Positions 15,501 to 28,764 of a stretch of 64,000 nucleotides of DNA are shown piece by piece; position 1 is the stretch's first letter, and each line of letters starts with the position of its first letter. Below the pieces are notes generated by a model. That model made no database searches, was not told where the DNA came from, and saw only the letters and a list, made by a program, of their open reading frames with translations. The translations under genes and the position numbers were made by a program. The DNA lies in NCBI RefSeq assembly GCF_009914755.1, contig NC_060928.1. One strand, written 5' to 3'. The stretch is from the human T2T-CHM13v2.0 reference genome, Homo sapiens.

Positions 15501-17274
15501 ATTAATAATATAGAAAGAAAATTATAAAATCAACATTTAATGAGAAACTCTTGCCACTAAACACAAATATTATTAAAGCTTTCTCTGTAACATAAAGAGA
15601 AAATTAATTTAAAAGTAAAAAAAGAAAACTAAAATAAGCAATAACAATCTATGTTCATTGCCTTGAAAATTCATGTTCTCCTACCGAAGAGGAGGACATT
15701 CGTCTTTAATCTTACTGTGTAGTTTTCTAGATTGGAATGGCATTTTCTGAATATTTAAAGTACACGAATCAATTTATATATCACCAATAAAATTCAGTAA
15801 AATTAAACATGACAATAGTTTATCAAGGTTTTGTTACAAGAAAAACAACAATTTGTAGTTGATAAAGACCCCACAGAATAAAAGACTGATTGCAATGATG
15901 AATAATGCATATCGCCTATGGTACTAATTAACCTTGTACTCCAGGAAGATATTACAGAACAATAAGGCTAATTTGAATGTGGTCCGGCACTTTTCCCTAT
16001 GGCTTGTGGTTATCACCCTTCAGAATACGTAAAATTTGATTTTGTTAAAAAAGAAACATATCTTTGTTATTGTTTTTCACATAAAATCATGAAAAAGAAA
16101 TTCTATTATTTGACATTATGCATTTCCCAAAAGGTAGACTAAATGTATACATAAAATAGGTATATATATTCTTATTTGCGAATGTATATACTGGTTCATT
16201 AAATTCATTAAACATTAAATTAAATTTATTTAAAATATGTTTACACACTATATATGTAATATATATGTAATACGGTATATATGTAATATGCTAAGTATAA
16301 ATTGTAAAATAATGTATTTTAATAACCAATTTGAAAAAAGTCAGCTAAAACTTTAACACATGATCAATTCTACTAGACTTTTAAATCTCTTCAATTTATA
16401 TCCAGTTTTTCCATTCATATACCTGAGTTATTTTTTATCTTAAAATAATAAAATCAATCAAATGGATAAGGTATAAACAAAACCTGTAATGAAAATATTT
16501 CCTTCAAACAGAAACTCATCAATTTCTTCAAAATATAATGTGCTTCTCTTCTGTGACTAAATCTCTGTTGGATGTACAGTAATATTGATGTCTGAGAAAT
16601 ATATCTTAATTGAAAATGCCAATCTTTAATGTCTTAACTATGGAATTCAAATAGTAATTTAAATATATTTTTAAAATACAAAATAATATTTCAAATTTCT
16701 TTTCCAAAATTCTCTTGCACGAACTTGACGATAAAGCCCTTTTCGGATTTTTTGAGTGGCATGACACAGCCCCCTCAACCCCCAAAAATACTCAAATGTG
16801 ACAAAGCATAACCTAAACATATCAACTTTTCCTTTATGACATATTTAAAAATAGTACAGCAAACAAGAGGAACCAGTATGAACAAAAATGGAATACCTAT
16901 TAGAAAAGTGTCTCTAATACCTTTAATATTAACACATTTTAAATGACAATGTTACTATTTTAGTACATAACATTTTTTGTTAATTTTTAGAGTTTGTGGA
17001 CATGTACATTTTTAATGGAAATATTTAGTATTTGAATCAGTCTCTTTTTACAAGATAAAAAGGATCAAGTGCCTAAGTGTTCTTGAGATTTTTAATCAAA
17101 AGAACTTATGAAAGTATTGTTAAAAAATCTTCCTATTTAATTATTTATTTGTCACTCATATAATTATTACATATACAGCCTTCTTTTTTCTTTTTAACTG
17201 TTTTTTAAATGCCTTGGTGAGAAAATTGAGAAAAAATTAGGAGAGAGGAAATGCTGTTCTCTCCATGACCAGAA

Positions 17275-17413
17275 TGACATAGTAGTTAAGAGCAGAGAGA
17301 CCCTGGAAGATATGACCTAAGTTTCCCTCCAGCTCCAGTACTTACCAACGTGTTATCTTCATTACATCTCTGTTTTTCACTACCTGCATGCATGCATGTA
17401 TATGTGTGTGCAT

Positions 17414-17452
<39 letters not shown>

Positions 17453-17535
17453 TGTGTCCGGATCCAATTACATAATAAATATGATGTGCTTAGAATAGTG
17501 TGTGATATATAGAATTTGCTATAAATGAATTGAAT
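17275..17535 (+). mobile_element. MIR SINE relic interrupted by a (TG)n microsatellite (pure tract 17421-17450)
   Basis: tagtagttaagagc...ccagctcc-gtacttacca-c-tgt and gtgcttagaatagtg...atatag match the MIR head and tail. Confidence 0.6.
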
Positions 17536-18504
17536 GAATTTATATTACAGAAAATTTATAAGGGAGGAGAAAAAAAGCAGGAGATTGAAATGGGGTGTAA
17601 GTAGAAGAAATCAAAACAACACAAAGTAAAGTAACTTTAGAAAAAAGTAGTAAGAATTGGAGAAAACAAAAAAAATCAGAAAACAACCAGGTTTTAAATC
17701 TTACCTAGGAGTTGAAACTGAGAGGTTTTCAGGATTCAATACTACTTTGGTGAGAAAAAAAAAAATATTTACCAAGAGTGTTTTAATTGACCTTAAGAGC
17801 TAAAGTAGTTAGTGCTTTTGTGAGTTGAAACAGGATATGTTAACTTTATTAGTAGAAAAGCTGAAATGGCAGGATACAAATAAAACAACATCTTTTTGTT
17901 TCCAAGAACAAAGCAAGAACACTTATTTGGGAAAAACAAAACAAAATAAAAGAAAACAAGAAAATCTGAAGATTATTGGAGATTACAGTTACATTTAGCT
18001 GTGTATCTCTCCTTTATATAGAGAAAACATGAAACAGCTGTTGTAATTAGTGCTTATAAGTCTATGAGCTCTAAGAAGCATTTAAAATTATGAATTAGGA
18101 ACAATTTACACAAAATAAAGGAGCATATATTTTTCTACAGCAGTATGGACATATACTCCTTTTCAAGTTTTATTGTAAAATTAGTAATATTTATAATATA
18201 AAACTGGAAAAAAATGCCTGCAGCCTTACTTTTTTTTCTACGTCAAATACACTGAGAAATACAAAAGTTATCATTTCTGGAATGTCTCCTAAAAATAAAG
18301 AGAAAAAACAAAAATAGGAGAAAAGGAAAATGAGGGAAAGAAATAAGGAAGAGGAAGAGAGAGAGTACACTTAGGGAAATTGGATTTGCAGTCAAATTTT
18401 CGTTAATTATTGAACTATTTTAATATATAAGTAATGAGAAAGTATCAATAAGTATTAACTTGATATCAAATGCTTATATCAAATATAAGCATTTGATTTC
18501 ATAT

Positions 18505-18590
18505 ATGTTATTTTGAATAACATGAAACCATCTTTTCTACTTCAAAATCGTCATATATTAGCAATTTCTTCATTGTACCCAATTTAATAT
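18505..18590. mobile_element. Degenerate MADE2-like mariner MITE
   Basis: ttgaa-aacatgaaa-ccat-tttt-ta-tcaaaa-cgtc-atatt-gcaatttc...caa-ttaata resembles the ~80-bp MADE2 consensus. Confidence 0.45.
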
Positions 18591-19024
18591 AACTTTTCCC
18601 ACTAAAAGTAACTCCCATATTCAAGTTATATAATAATTAGACAATCTTAAGTTCATTGTGATTTTTTTCATATTACTGATGCCATGTATAAACATATATA
18701 GTCATATGAATATAATTAGTTCTTTTTATATCTTCTTTTCATATAATTACTAGCAAATAGTTGTCTTTGATTTTGATTTTTCAAAACAGGTAGCAGTTAC
18801 TATTTTTCTTCATATCAGTGCTACAATATTCTCTATCCTTGTCTTTTTACTATACATCTCTTCCCCTGTCATTCCAGTAATTAAGCTTTATCTACTTTTT
18901 CAATTAAAAACTAAAATGTGGTATATTCTAAAATGTTAGAAATCCCAATGTGTTTTTTTTTCTCTCAAAGCTAATATATATTTAAGCATAACAAAGCTGT
19001 ATTTGAAGCTAACTACTAACTCAG

Positions 19025-19160
19025 GGTTCTTGGAAATCATATTTAATCTACATTAATCTCATTTATTTCCAATTATAAAATAAAAACAACAGTATATATC
19101 TGGTAAAGTTATTGTAAGGATTAAATTCTTTTCTACAGACCTGGCATGCAGCTGGGTGAG
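19025..19160 (+). mobile_element. MIR relic
   Basis: cttgg-aa-tca-tttaatct...ctcattt...tataaaat...gttattgtaaggattaaa resembles the MIR core. Confidence 0.5.
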
Positions 19161-20304
19161 ATAATGCATGGATATGAATTTTATTTTTTCTAAAACAGTT
19201 CTGTTCTACCCATTAGAACATAAGGACATTTGTCTTCATTATCAGCATGATGAATTCATTTAGATCAATCATCAGAGAAGTAGCAATTATTTTAATTGTA
19301 CTATTTTGCTTATAAAGATATTTTTATTTTTGCTTTTGCTTTTAATTGTCTTTGTTTTGTTTTGTGTTCTGCCTCTTTTCAACTTCCCACCATCAAGAAT
19401 GACATGAAAACACTTCAAACTGAAAGTCTCCTCCAGTCAGAAACCTTGTACCTGCTAAATGTGTAATTTCGGAATTGGTGGGGAGATGAAGAATCCTTTA
19501 ACTTCTTTACTGTGGAAATGAAAAATCTAAAGATCCAACCAGGTCCATGAGGTACAGAGGATGCTCCCACATCAGAATCCTGACAATGTCTCCTCCCTTA
19601 TTTTGTACAGTCCAGTTTTGTTTTATTACTTCCATACCACACCTCCAAACAAAACAAAAACAACAAACAAAACAAAACTTGAATACAAATGACACTTTAA
19701 TACTCCAAAGGCCAAAACATGTTTTAAAAAAATCCTGTACTATTTACAGGAGCAGACAAGTAAGGCAAAGCAGCTTATGTGTCCAAGAATGTACAGACCA
19801 AAAGTTCAGAAATGGATTGAGAACTTTAAACCCATGTACACAATCTCTCCCTCAACTACATGTATGTTGAGCTTATGCCAAAAGGTGCCCCGACCCCCAT
19901 CTGGATATTCCCATAGGAAATATGTTAAAAAGTCTAGTTCGGTTCCTGACTATTCATAGAGCCTAATTATAGGGCCTCTACTGTCTAGGGTAAGAGCTTC
20001 AGAATCCCAGACATTCTTACGCATTATTTGCTTTGCTCACTCAGTCTTGCTTTGCTTATTTGTTCCATCTTCCCGCTACTACATTTTCTTCCTTTCTAGC
20101 CACTTTTCCTTTTCCTCAGTCTGAGGTCTGAAAATAGGGTCCGAATCTCTCTTCTGTAAAGACAACTCTGGTGGCTCCTGTGTCTTTCTGGGGTGCCTCC
20201 CTCTCATGTGCACTTTAGTGCAGCTCCTACAACAACAGATTAAGCTCACAGGTGATCTAAGTCAAGGTGACAAAATTAAATGAATTTCAAATACATTTTA
20301 TTGC

Positions 20305-20528
20305 AGAACATATAGTAAAAAGGTACAGACTTTGAAACAAACACACTGGGTTCAAATGTCAATTTACCACTTTCTAGTTTTAGTTTGTGTGATCTTAGTA
20401 AAATTAACCTTCTGAGCTTTCAGTTGCCCCTGAAACAGTGGCTTGCAGGATGTTGTCAAGCTTAAAAGAGTGAATATGAATAAAACATTTAACAGTACAG
20501 ACACATAGCAGCTTTTTGCAAATGTGTC
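20305..20528 (+). mobile_element. MIR SINE, near full length
   Basis: cagactttgaaac...ctgggttcaaat...accactt-ctag...tgtgatctt...ctgagctttcagtt...acatttaacagtac-gacacatag. Confidence 0.7.
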
Positions 20529-23500
20529 AACCCTTCTTCTTGCCTTACCATTCCGGTTAAAATATCCTGACAATTCTGATATTCAGAATCTTAGATCTTA
20601 TTTCTTGGGATCTCTATTATTTCTAGTATATTATTGCTTTTTACACTGCACTTGAAAGTCAAACTATTCCCTTTGGCCTACTTTTGTATTTTCTAGGAAC
20701 AAGCTCCTTTTCTCCTCAGCTTTCGTTCCATTCCCTGTAAGTGCAGATGAAAATAACTATGATCTCCTGAGATCTGCTCAGGGGAACAGTCTGGCTGGTC
20801 TTTCCCTTGATGATGACAGGTTGCCCTTGGCTAAGACTTTCCCCTTCATCAGATTTTTACCAGAAGTCGGATTTTTCACCCAATTCTATGCTTCCTGAAT
20901 GCTTAATTTCTTATACCCTCAGTTTCTGATCAAGGTGTTTTATTTATGGTCTCTCTATTCCTATAACATATATTTAATCATTAACAACATGCCTGGTTGG
21001 TCTGGTTTATTTCTCCTTTAAATTGAAATGAAAATGTGCACACTTGCACTCATACCAACAACTCTTAGAAAGCTTCTGAGTCCTTAAAGGGCTTGCCATG
21101 AGTAGCTGGCCTGGTCGGACGGTACCAGGTTGAGTGTGCTCCTATGTTCCAGTGCTCCAATGGCCAGGGTGGTGGCAACAATACCAACAAATGGTAGCAC
21201 ACAAACAAAAACAGAAGGAAACAAAAGACCCCAGCACTTTATCTAGGATTATCTCTCATTGAAATTAGAAATTGCTTTAAACTTTTAAATCTAACTAGCA
21301 TGTATTGAGGATTTTCTTTGTGCCAAGTGCTAAGCTTTATGAGCCTCCAATATTTAAAATCTAATCCAAGTTTTGAAATCATAATCAATATGTTTATTGT
21401 GGGAGACAGTGGAAACATTTTTTAGTATGAACTGGTTTCTAACATTATGTACTGAGAGCAATAACCACTCAGGGCCTGGTAATAAAGTATGAAAGAAATC
21501 CAACTAAAACTCGATTTCTTTGAGTGTTATTTGGTTAAACTGCTAACAGACGTTTTTTTTTAACTTGTCCATAATGGGAAAACAAATTCTTATTCTGAAT
21601 TTAAATTTTTTTTCACCTGAATAAAAACTGAAGCCCTCCTCAAATGTAAGTACATTATTCTATTGCTGTTAGTCTGTGTGGGCCTTGAGGAGCACAACCT
21701 GACTTAAATGGGCTCTATTATTACTGTTAAAGTTCCCTCCCCACCTCCCTCTCTAACCACTGGCTGTGCCAAAGAAAGCCACTGCTGTCAGAAAACAAGG
21801 AGTCTTCACTGTTGTGACATTTCATTTATCTGGGCAGCAACATTCTTGAAAGGCAACTTGCCTAGCTCTAAGTGAAGTATGGAAGACAATCAAATGCAGT
21901 TAAGCAAACCGGTGTTGACATATTAAATCATGCTTGAACCAAGAGAGCAAACACAGATGACACACAGAACCTTCTAAAGAGAATTTAAAATAAATAAATA
22001 ATACAGGTCAGTCTGGTTCTAAAAAAAGAAGCTTTTAGCATTGGAAAATATTGGGAACAGGTGAATATTAAAAAATCATCCACAGGACCAAGTAATTATG
22101 TTGCTTTCAGATTGTGAGGCATAAAAGTAGTGTGGGAAAATGAAGGCTAAGGGAAACATGGAAAACGCTGGTGAAATCACATCACATGACTTTTCCACCC
22201 ACAAAATGGAAAATAAAACTTTGATAGTCTCATTTTTTATTTTATTTTAGATATGTCCTAATGGAATCCTTTCAAAATACTTTGAATTCATCAGAGGAAA
22301 AGCTCTTATGCATATGGAGTAGTGTATTGTGATTCTCCTTTACAATCACACAGCAGGAACTTTCCAGCATTCATTCTCCATGTCTGATTCCTGCTAACAA
22401 TTCCATCAAATAAATGGAGTTATCCGTCAGTCAAATTATCATTTGCTCTAATTGTTACTTCCTCCAAACTGTGGTTCTTCTTTCTTTCCTTACCTTTTCT
22501 TTTATAAACTACACCTTTACAGTGCTCAAATGAGCAGGATATCTTCAAGCTCAGAAAAGATGAAAGCATATCAACAAATCACTTTGGTTCTTACAGATGA
22601 AACACTGCTGGTCAGCCATAAATGCAGACAAAGCATTTAAGCACCAAAGAGAATCAAATACTTAAAGATAAGATGTGATCCACACGCATGACAAGAAATA
22701 ATAAAGGATATAAAAGCATTTTCATGTAATGAAAACCAGTTATGAGATCATGTATAGCTTAGAATTCACTTTTTTATTGTTATTGCGAATTATACACTTC
22801 CTAGAAAGAACTATGCCAGGGTTAGTAATTCCATGCCTTCCTGCTTTATAATAATTGGCATGTCTTTCTAGACTAAAGTATGAGTTAAATTTAAAGGCAA
22901 TAATTGTACAATTTCCGTAAAAGGCATACTTTTCTATGAGTAGCATAAATTGGAGAGAAAGAGAGAGATACAAATTAAGCTACACTTGCTATTAGTCAGA
23001 TAGTTTTCTATGCAACCCTTGAAAGTGGGTAAGTAGATTCCTCAAGGTTAACCCATCCATGGGGTACACTAAATAAGTCTATACAGATGAAGCACAAAAC
23101 ATTTAGCATATTATTCCTAATAAGGACCTAGGATGTAACAGTACTTTTTATTCAGGTTTATCATTAATGCAGTATACAATTAAAGGTACAGATAGATCAT
23201 AGTAATTAAGTGTGTTTTTACACTGTACAAGGTCAAAAAGTAAAACAAAGAGTCTGAAGTAAAATACGATTCTAAGGCTAAAATTAAAATATGGTGGTTG
23301 TGTGATATCAGGCAGGTTAATCCCTTCCCCAACCCCCTACTCCAGATCTCATTTTCCTTATTAGCTTACTGACCTTCATGAAATTTTCAACTCATGTTAA
23401 ATTTTTATTAAGGTGATGAAACAAGATGTGCTAAAAAAGTAAATATATTATTATCCTGTCTAAAATAAAAGTTTTCCGTTTTCCACATGGAAGGATCATT

Positions 23501-23762
23501 GCATTTCACTTATGTTTTGCAATGAAGAGATTATGAAATAGACCAATATTTACATCTGTATTATATCTTCATTTTTAGTACTATGAAGAAATATGATTAA
23601 TCTTATTGTAATAACTAGTATTAACATAACACCTCTAAATTCATGCCTTTTTTTCTTTATACAGATGACATGATTTAATTATAATTACTGAGTTGACTGA
23701 TGAAATAAAATTTAACTTTATCATATCATTTAGGAGTATTTATGCTAAAACTATTTAAAAAA

Positions 23763-23872
23763 TAGTTTTCTGTTCCCAAGTTTCCCTCATATCTTTATTT
23801 CATACTCATTTCTCAGAATTAGTTTTGTGTTCCCAAGTTTCACTCATATATTTATTTCATACTCCTTTCTCA
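23763..23872. repeat. Two-copy tandem duplication, period 57 bp
   Basis: 23763-23815 versus 23820-23872: 53 bp aligned with 4 mismatches. Confidence 0.92.
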
Positions 23873-24579
23873 AAGCCGAGATGACTTTGCCTACATTAAT
23901 TTTAATTTTATTTTTTTTTAAAAAAAAGCTTCAGAGATTGTGATCAGAAAAGATGAAAAACTGTAAGGAAGTACAGGGACTTTTTTTCCCTAAGTCATGT
24001 AAATTATTTTAATTCTAACGTTACTTACAGAAGATGGAAAAGAAAAATCACAGCTTTTCTTCTGTTCATTACAATGTTAAAATGACAATGCTTATTAATA
24101 GATGAAAGTTACTTTACTTGCCAAATTTTTCAGACAGCTTAACTAATACTTTTTTAGATACTAACTATTTAGTAAAATAACATGAGTTTTGAGTAAAACT
24201 TAAATGAAACGTATCTTTTAAAAACATAAAAATTCTTCATTTCTTACCTAATAAAAAACTGAATTTAGTATTGGGAAGGTTCAAGTAATTTCACAAATTT
24301 TATCTTCCTATCAGTCCACAGTAATTTTTTTTAAAATTAAACATTTTGTATTTGGCATGGTATACCTGGGGAGCTATAAAATTTAGAATTCGTGAGTTTT
24401 CAGAAGGCTTTCAGTACCAACCATGTGAAGGTCTAAGAAAACCTGAAAATGCTTCAGGTATAAGCACGTAAAAAAAATCCTGAACTAAGTATAACAGCTT
24501 GACGTTCCTGTTATGTTTTGTTTTAACACAAATTCCATTAAAACTAATAAATTAAAAATGTCTGGCAATGTCAATCCAC

Positions 24580-25270
24580 ACAGGGCAGAAACAAAGGGAA
24601 AGCCAAAGCCTGGAGTGGTGAGTGCCAGAGCATATCCTTGGCGGCCCTGCAAGCTCAGTGGGATGAGGCAGGCTCTGGGAAACAAGGCAACTTGAATTTT
24701 AATGCCCCAGAATCCAAGAGAAAAGGCCATAGCCTGGTACCAAGTGGGGAGACCTTCAGAGAACCTGAAACTTTAAAAAGCTGGCTACATCCTCAAGAGG
24801 ACTCCGAGTTAAAAAAAAACAAAAAGAAAAAAGAAAAAGAAAAGAAAAGAAAAAAATTTACACAAGGAAAGCACAAAGTGGCTGTTACCTGATAACCTCC
24901 TAATGGGAAGAAGAAAGCACAACCTTCAAGAATCAAAATCAGTGGCCTTCTCTGGGTGAGGTTTCGGGATGCAAATTCATATTAGCCACCAAAAGCAAAA
25001 CACACATGAATTTCAAATGTTACAACACGTCTCAATCCTGGTTGCATATAACAATCAACTAAGAAACATTTTAAAAAATACTGAACCTCTGACTAGCACC
25101 ATACCATGATGTCAGAATTTCTCCTTGGTTATGGCCGACAACAACGCTGCTTAAAATGATTGTGTTGCACCGTAAATGTTGAGCACAGAAGAATTAGACA
25201 AAATTTGGTCCCAATAATACACATCAGTAAGAGGAAATGCTAAATCATGTGAGAAACTCCTCTAGGTCAA
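24580..25270 (+). mobile_element. Old L1-related (HAL1/L1M 5' region-like) relic with a nested MER5-like fragment at about 25025-25190
   Basis: Segments ggtttcgggatgcaaattcata, aaatttggtccc and aggaaatgctaaatc resemble HAL1; ctcaatcctggttgcata...aatca...aaaaatactga resembles MER5. Family assignment is weak. Confidence 0.35.
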
Positions 25271-25767
25271 TAAGAAAAAGACAAGCATCCCAAAAGGGGG
25301 CAAAATAAACAAACAGCTAATTTATACATTGAACTCATTAGAACATGGATGCACCTCTACTTTTTTCTCTACTTGTCTGTTGTTTGACTTTTCCTCTAAT
25401 TTGCTAAATATTGTCTATTTATGATAATGGGATAGAGAAATGATAGTAAATATGTAACTCTTAAGTCATAATGCAATTATCAGAAAGAAGTATTATTAGT
25501 TCTAATACTGTCAAAAATTAAATAATTACCATATGTATGATAAAAGTATATTAAGGAACATTTTGAGGGGGAGAAATATTTAACTAATGCACAATGGCTC
25601 TAAAAACATTGATACTGTACTATTTTTACATACATACAAGGGATTAAGATAAATAAATTACTGTTCTTGACCTTATATACTAACACGGTCCTAATTTATC
25701 TGTACCTAAGTATCCCAATCTGTGAAATAAAAAAGAAAAACACACTCACTGCAAGAGTGCTTTCTTT

Positions 25768-25926
25768 CAGTGCTTCTTAAACTTGATGTACATAAAAATC
25801 ACCAAGGAATGTGCTAAAATGTAGATCCAGATTTAAGATTCTGGGGTAAGGCTGAGATTCTTCCTTTCTAAAAAATTCCCAGGTGATGCCAATGCTGCCG
25901 GTCCATGTATCATTTCTAAGTAGGCA
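25768..25926 (+). mobile_element. MER5-family hAT-Charlie MITE (MER5B-like)
   Basis: cagtgcttcttaaactt...aatcacc...ttaagattctggggt..ggctgagattct...ttcta..aa.ttcccaggtgatgccaatgctgccggtcca. Confidence 0.75.
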
Positions 25927-25959
25927 AACATTACTTGCAGCTACATGAACACTTTACAG

Positions 25960-26115
25960 GTGAAGATTATAACATTTAATATTTCACAGAGGAAGAAAGC
26001 AGGGCTCAATCTGGTTTTGTAACTTGACCACAGTTACGTATTTACCAAATGATAGAGTGAGATTTGAGCTGAGGCCGGCATCACTTTTAAGCCCAATGCC
26101 GTTAATCTGCTACGC
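25960..26115 (-). mobile_element. MIR relic
   Basis: atttcacagaggaagaaa...ggctca...gtaacttg-cca-agttac...aaatgatagag-gagatttga is reverse-complement MIR core. Confidence 0.6.
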
Positions 26116-27817
26116 ACACAAATACCTCCTGATGCTTTCAGAGATCAATTTTAATGTTTGAAGTCTATTGAATGATTTTATGCAAGTGTTGGTTACTTTG
26201 TTTCTTATAATTCGCATTCATATTTTGAACTATTATTTCTGAAGAATCTGAAAACTGATACTGAAATATTTGCTAAATCGCACTCTGAGTTTTCACGATC
26301 GAATTTCTCTGTACACACTTTTCCCATGAGAGCTGTTCTGTTTTATGTTATCAGACTTTATGTAAGTTCTTTTGCTGGTATCTGAATAACAAGAAAATAA
26401 GCAAACAATAAAACAAAAGGACTATTTTTTGGTTTCCTGGAACATTTAAATGTTGTGAATTTTAAATATATAAAGCTTTTTGTGAGGTCTTTATAATTAA
26501 AATCTTCTCCTGATAATTATCATGTTATAAAAATGCATTATAATAAAAGGAGCTTATCCAGTGCATCTTATTTTAATAAATGTTTATTATTAAGAGGTGT
26601 TTACACAAATATGAGACATTTCAACATAAAATATAATCATTAATTCTCCATCCATATAACCATGATGAAACTCAAGTCCATTAATGTTAAGATTCATTTT
26701 CACGGTAACAATATGGAACATGTCATCATCATATAAAACATCCTAGAGACCTGCCCAAAGTGAAATTTACAAAGTAGTTATTACTGTTACTGTAAAGATG
26801 AGGTATAGCATTTGCCTGTTACATTTATTCTAAACTAAAAATATATACAACCTCAAGACTTTCACTAGCATAATTTCTTTTATGAGTGAGAAAGTAGGAG
26901 TGCAGACCAGATTTAAAAGTTTGACCAGAAAGAAATCACGAGGTTTTTGGTTCTTCTGTCTTTTCTTTCATTGCCAAGTCCCCGTATTTGTCCATCAACA
27001 TATAGCAGAAGAGTCACTAGTTATTAACCATTGTCAAACCAATGAAACAAGTTCTTTAAGAAAAAAATGGGTTTTATACTTTCAACGGGTGTAATAATTT
27101 ACAAATAATCATCCACCAACACCACTTATAAATAAACTGAATTGTTTCATGTTTGATATGCATGCATTTGACCCTAGATATTTATTAGGAGTTTTCTGTC
27201 TTTAAGATAATAATAAATGTATAAGAAGAGCATATTTTAGCTGGTAAGTTCAGGAATCATCAGGTCTTTTATTTCTCAGATTTTTATAAGCAAATACATT
27301 TTTAAAGTGTAATTTTAGAAAGAAATGAGACATACATAAAATTAATGTATTAAAATAGATTTCTGCACTGGAAGCTCCCTCTGTTTGCTGTACTGTTTCC
27401 CATACTTTTCACAGTTTTTTTTCCCCTAACTTCTATGTTAAATGCCACCATTTCAGAAAAAAAAAAAAAAAAATCTTATTTCCCTATCTAAAATACCACA
27501 CTTCACCCACACTGCCATTAGAAAATTTCATAACTTTTAACTGTAGATGTGAGTCTATATGCATGTTTGTATGTATATATGTCCACATTCCTAGGATACA
27601 GGAATTCTATAGGCTGGATAGAGTGCCTACTACAATAACAACTTATAGAATAAGTGATAATGTCTAACGAGATAGCAAATTTTTCAGTTTTGTACTTCTA
27701 ACAAAATTTTTATAAAGGAAGTTCTATAAAACGTACATAGTTTTATTTACCCATTGGAAAAAATGTAGTATTATTCTTTGATAAATTAAATTGCTCAGGA
27801 ATATACTACCTACTTAG

Positions 27818-28181
<364 letters not shown>

Positions 28182-28209
28182 AATATCTCACAAGATTTTT
28201 ATGAGCTAG

Positions 28210-28338
28210 TTAGAGATGAGAACAGCAAAGAACAGAGAGATTCAGCAACTTGCATGGGGATACAGCCTTGGTAAATGGCAGAGGTAGAATAAGACTATAT
28301 TAATTTTTACTCAGAATTCATGTGGTTAAACTACTAGG
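28210..28338 (-). mobile_element. MIR relic
   Basis: agatgag-a-a...cagagagatt-agcaacttgc...atacagc..gtaaatggcagag. Confidence 0.55.
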
Positions 28339-28542
28339 ACATGCTGCCTCTTACAAGCAGCGTATTTCCCACCATATTCAAATTCAATTGGTCACATTTA
28401 AACATGTACATCTCCTTCATTCTTCCAAATTTAAAGAAAAATGTTCACTTTTGCAAAGGTATCCAGTCCATAAACATATCTATAAACATATTTTGTGTTA
28501 GCGGCATGTGTGTTCATTTGGGGAGGGGACAAGTATTTGGAT

Positions 28543-28764
28543 TAGTGGTTCTCAACTGGGAGTGATTTTCCCCCAGTGAATATTAGGCAATATCTAGACA
28601 CATTTTTGACTGTGAAAATGGGGAGTGGGGTGTCCTACTGCGTCTAGAGGGTAGAACCCAAGAAAGCTGCTAAACAGTCTACAGTGAACAAGACAACATC
28701 CCCCTTCCCACCAACAATAATTATCTGGCCCAAAATATCAAAACTCCAGTGCTGAAAAACCTTG
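28543..28764 (+). mobile_element. MER20 hAT-Charlie DNA transposon relic
   Basis: agtggttctcaactgggagtgatttt-ccccc...ggcaatatctagacacattttt...gctgctaaaca-tctaca-tg-aca-gaca...aattatctggcccaaaatatcaa...gctgaaaaacc-tg. Confidence 0.85.

Noticed and set aside
21050-21240. Locally GC-richer segment considered as a cryptic EPHA5 exon
   Set aside because: No convincing acceptor/donor pair on the - strand and no recognisable protein similarity.
23763-23872. Possible CRISPR-like repeat-spacer array
   Set aside because: Only two adjacent copies, no unique spacers, eukaryotic intron, no cas genes.
24969-24976. Octamer motif ATGCAAAT
   Set aside because: Single 8-mer within a probable old repeat; expected by chance in AT-rich 64 kb.
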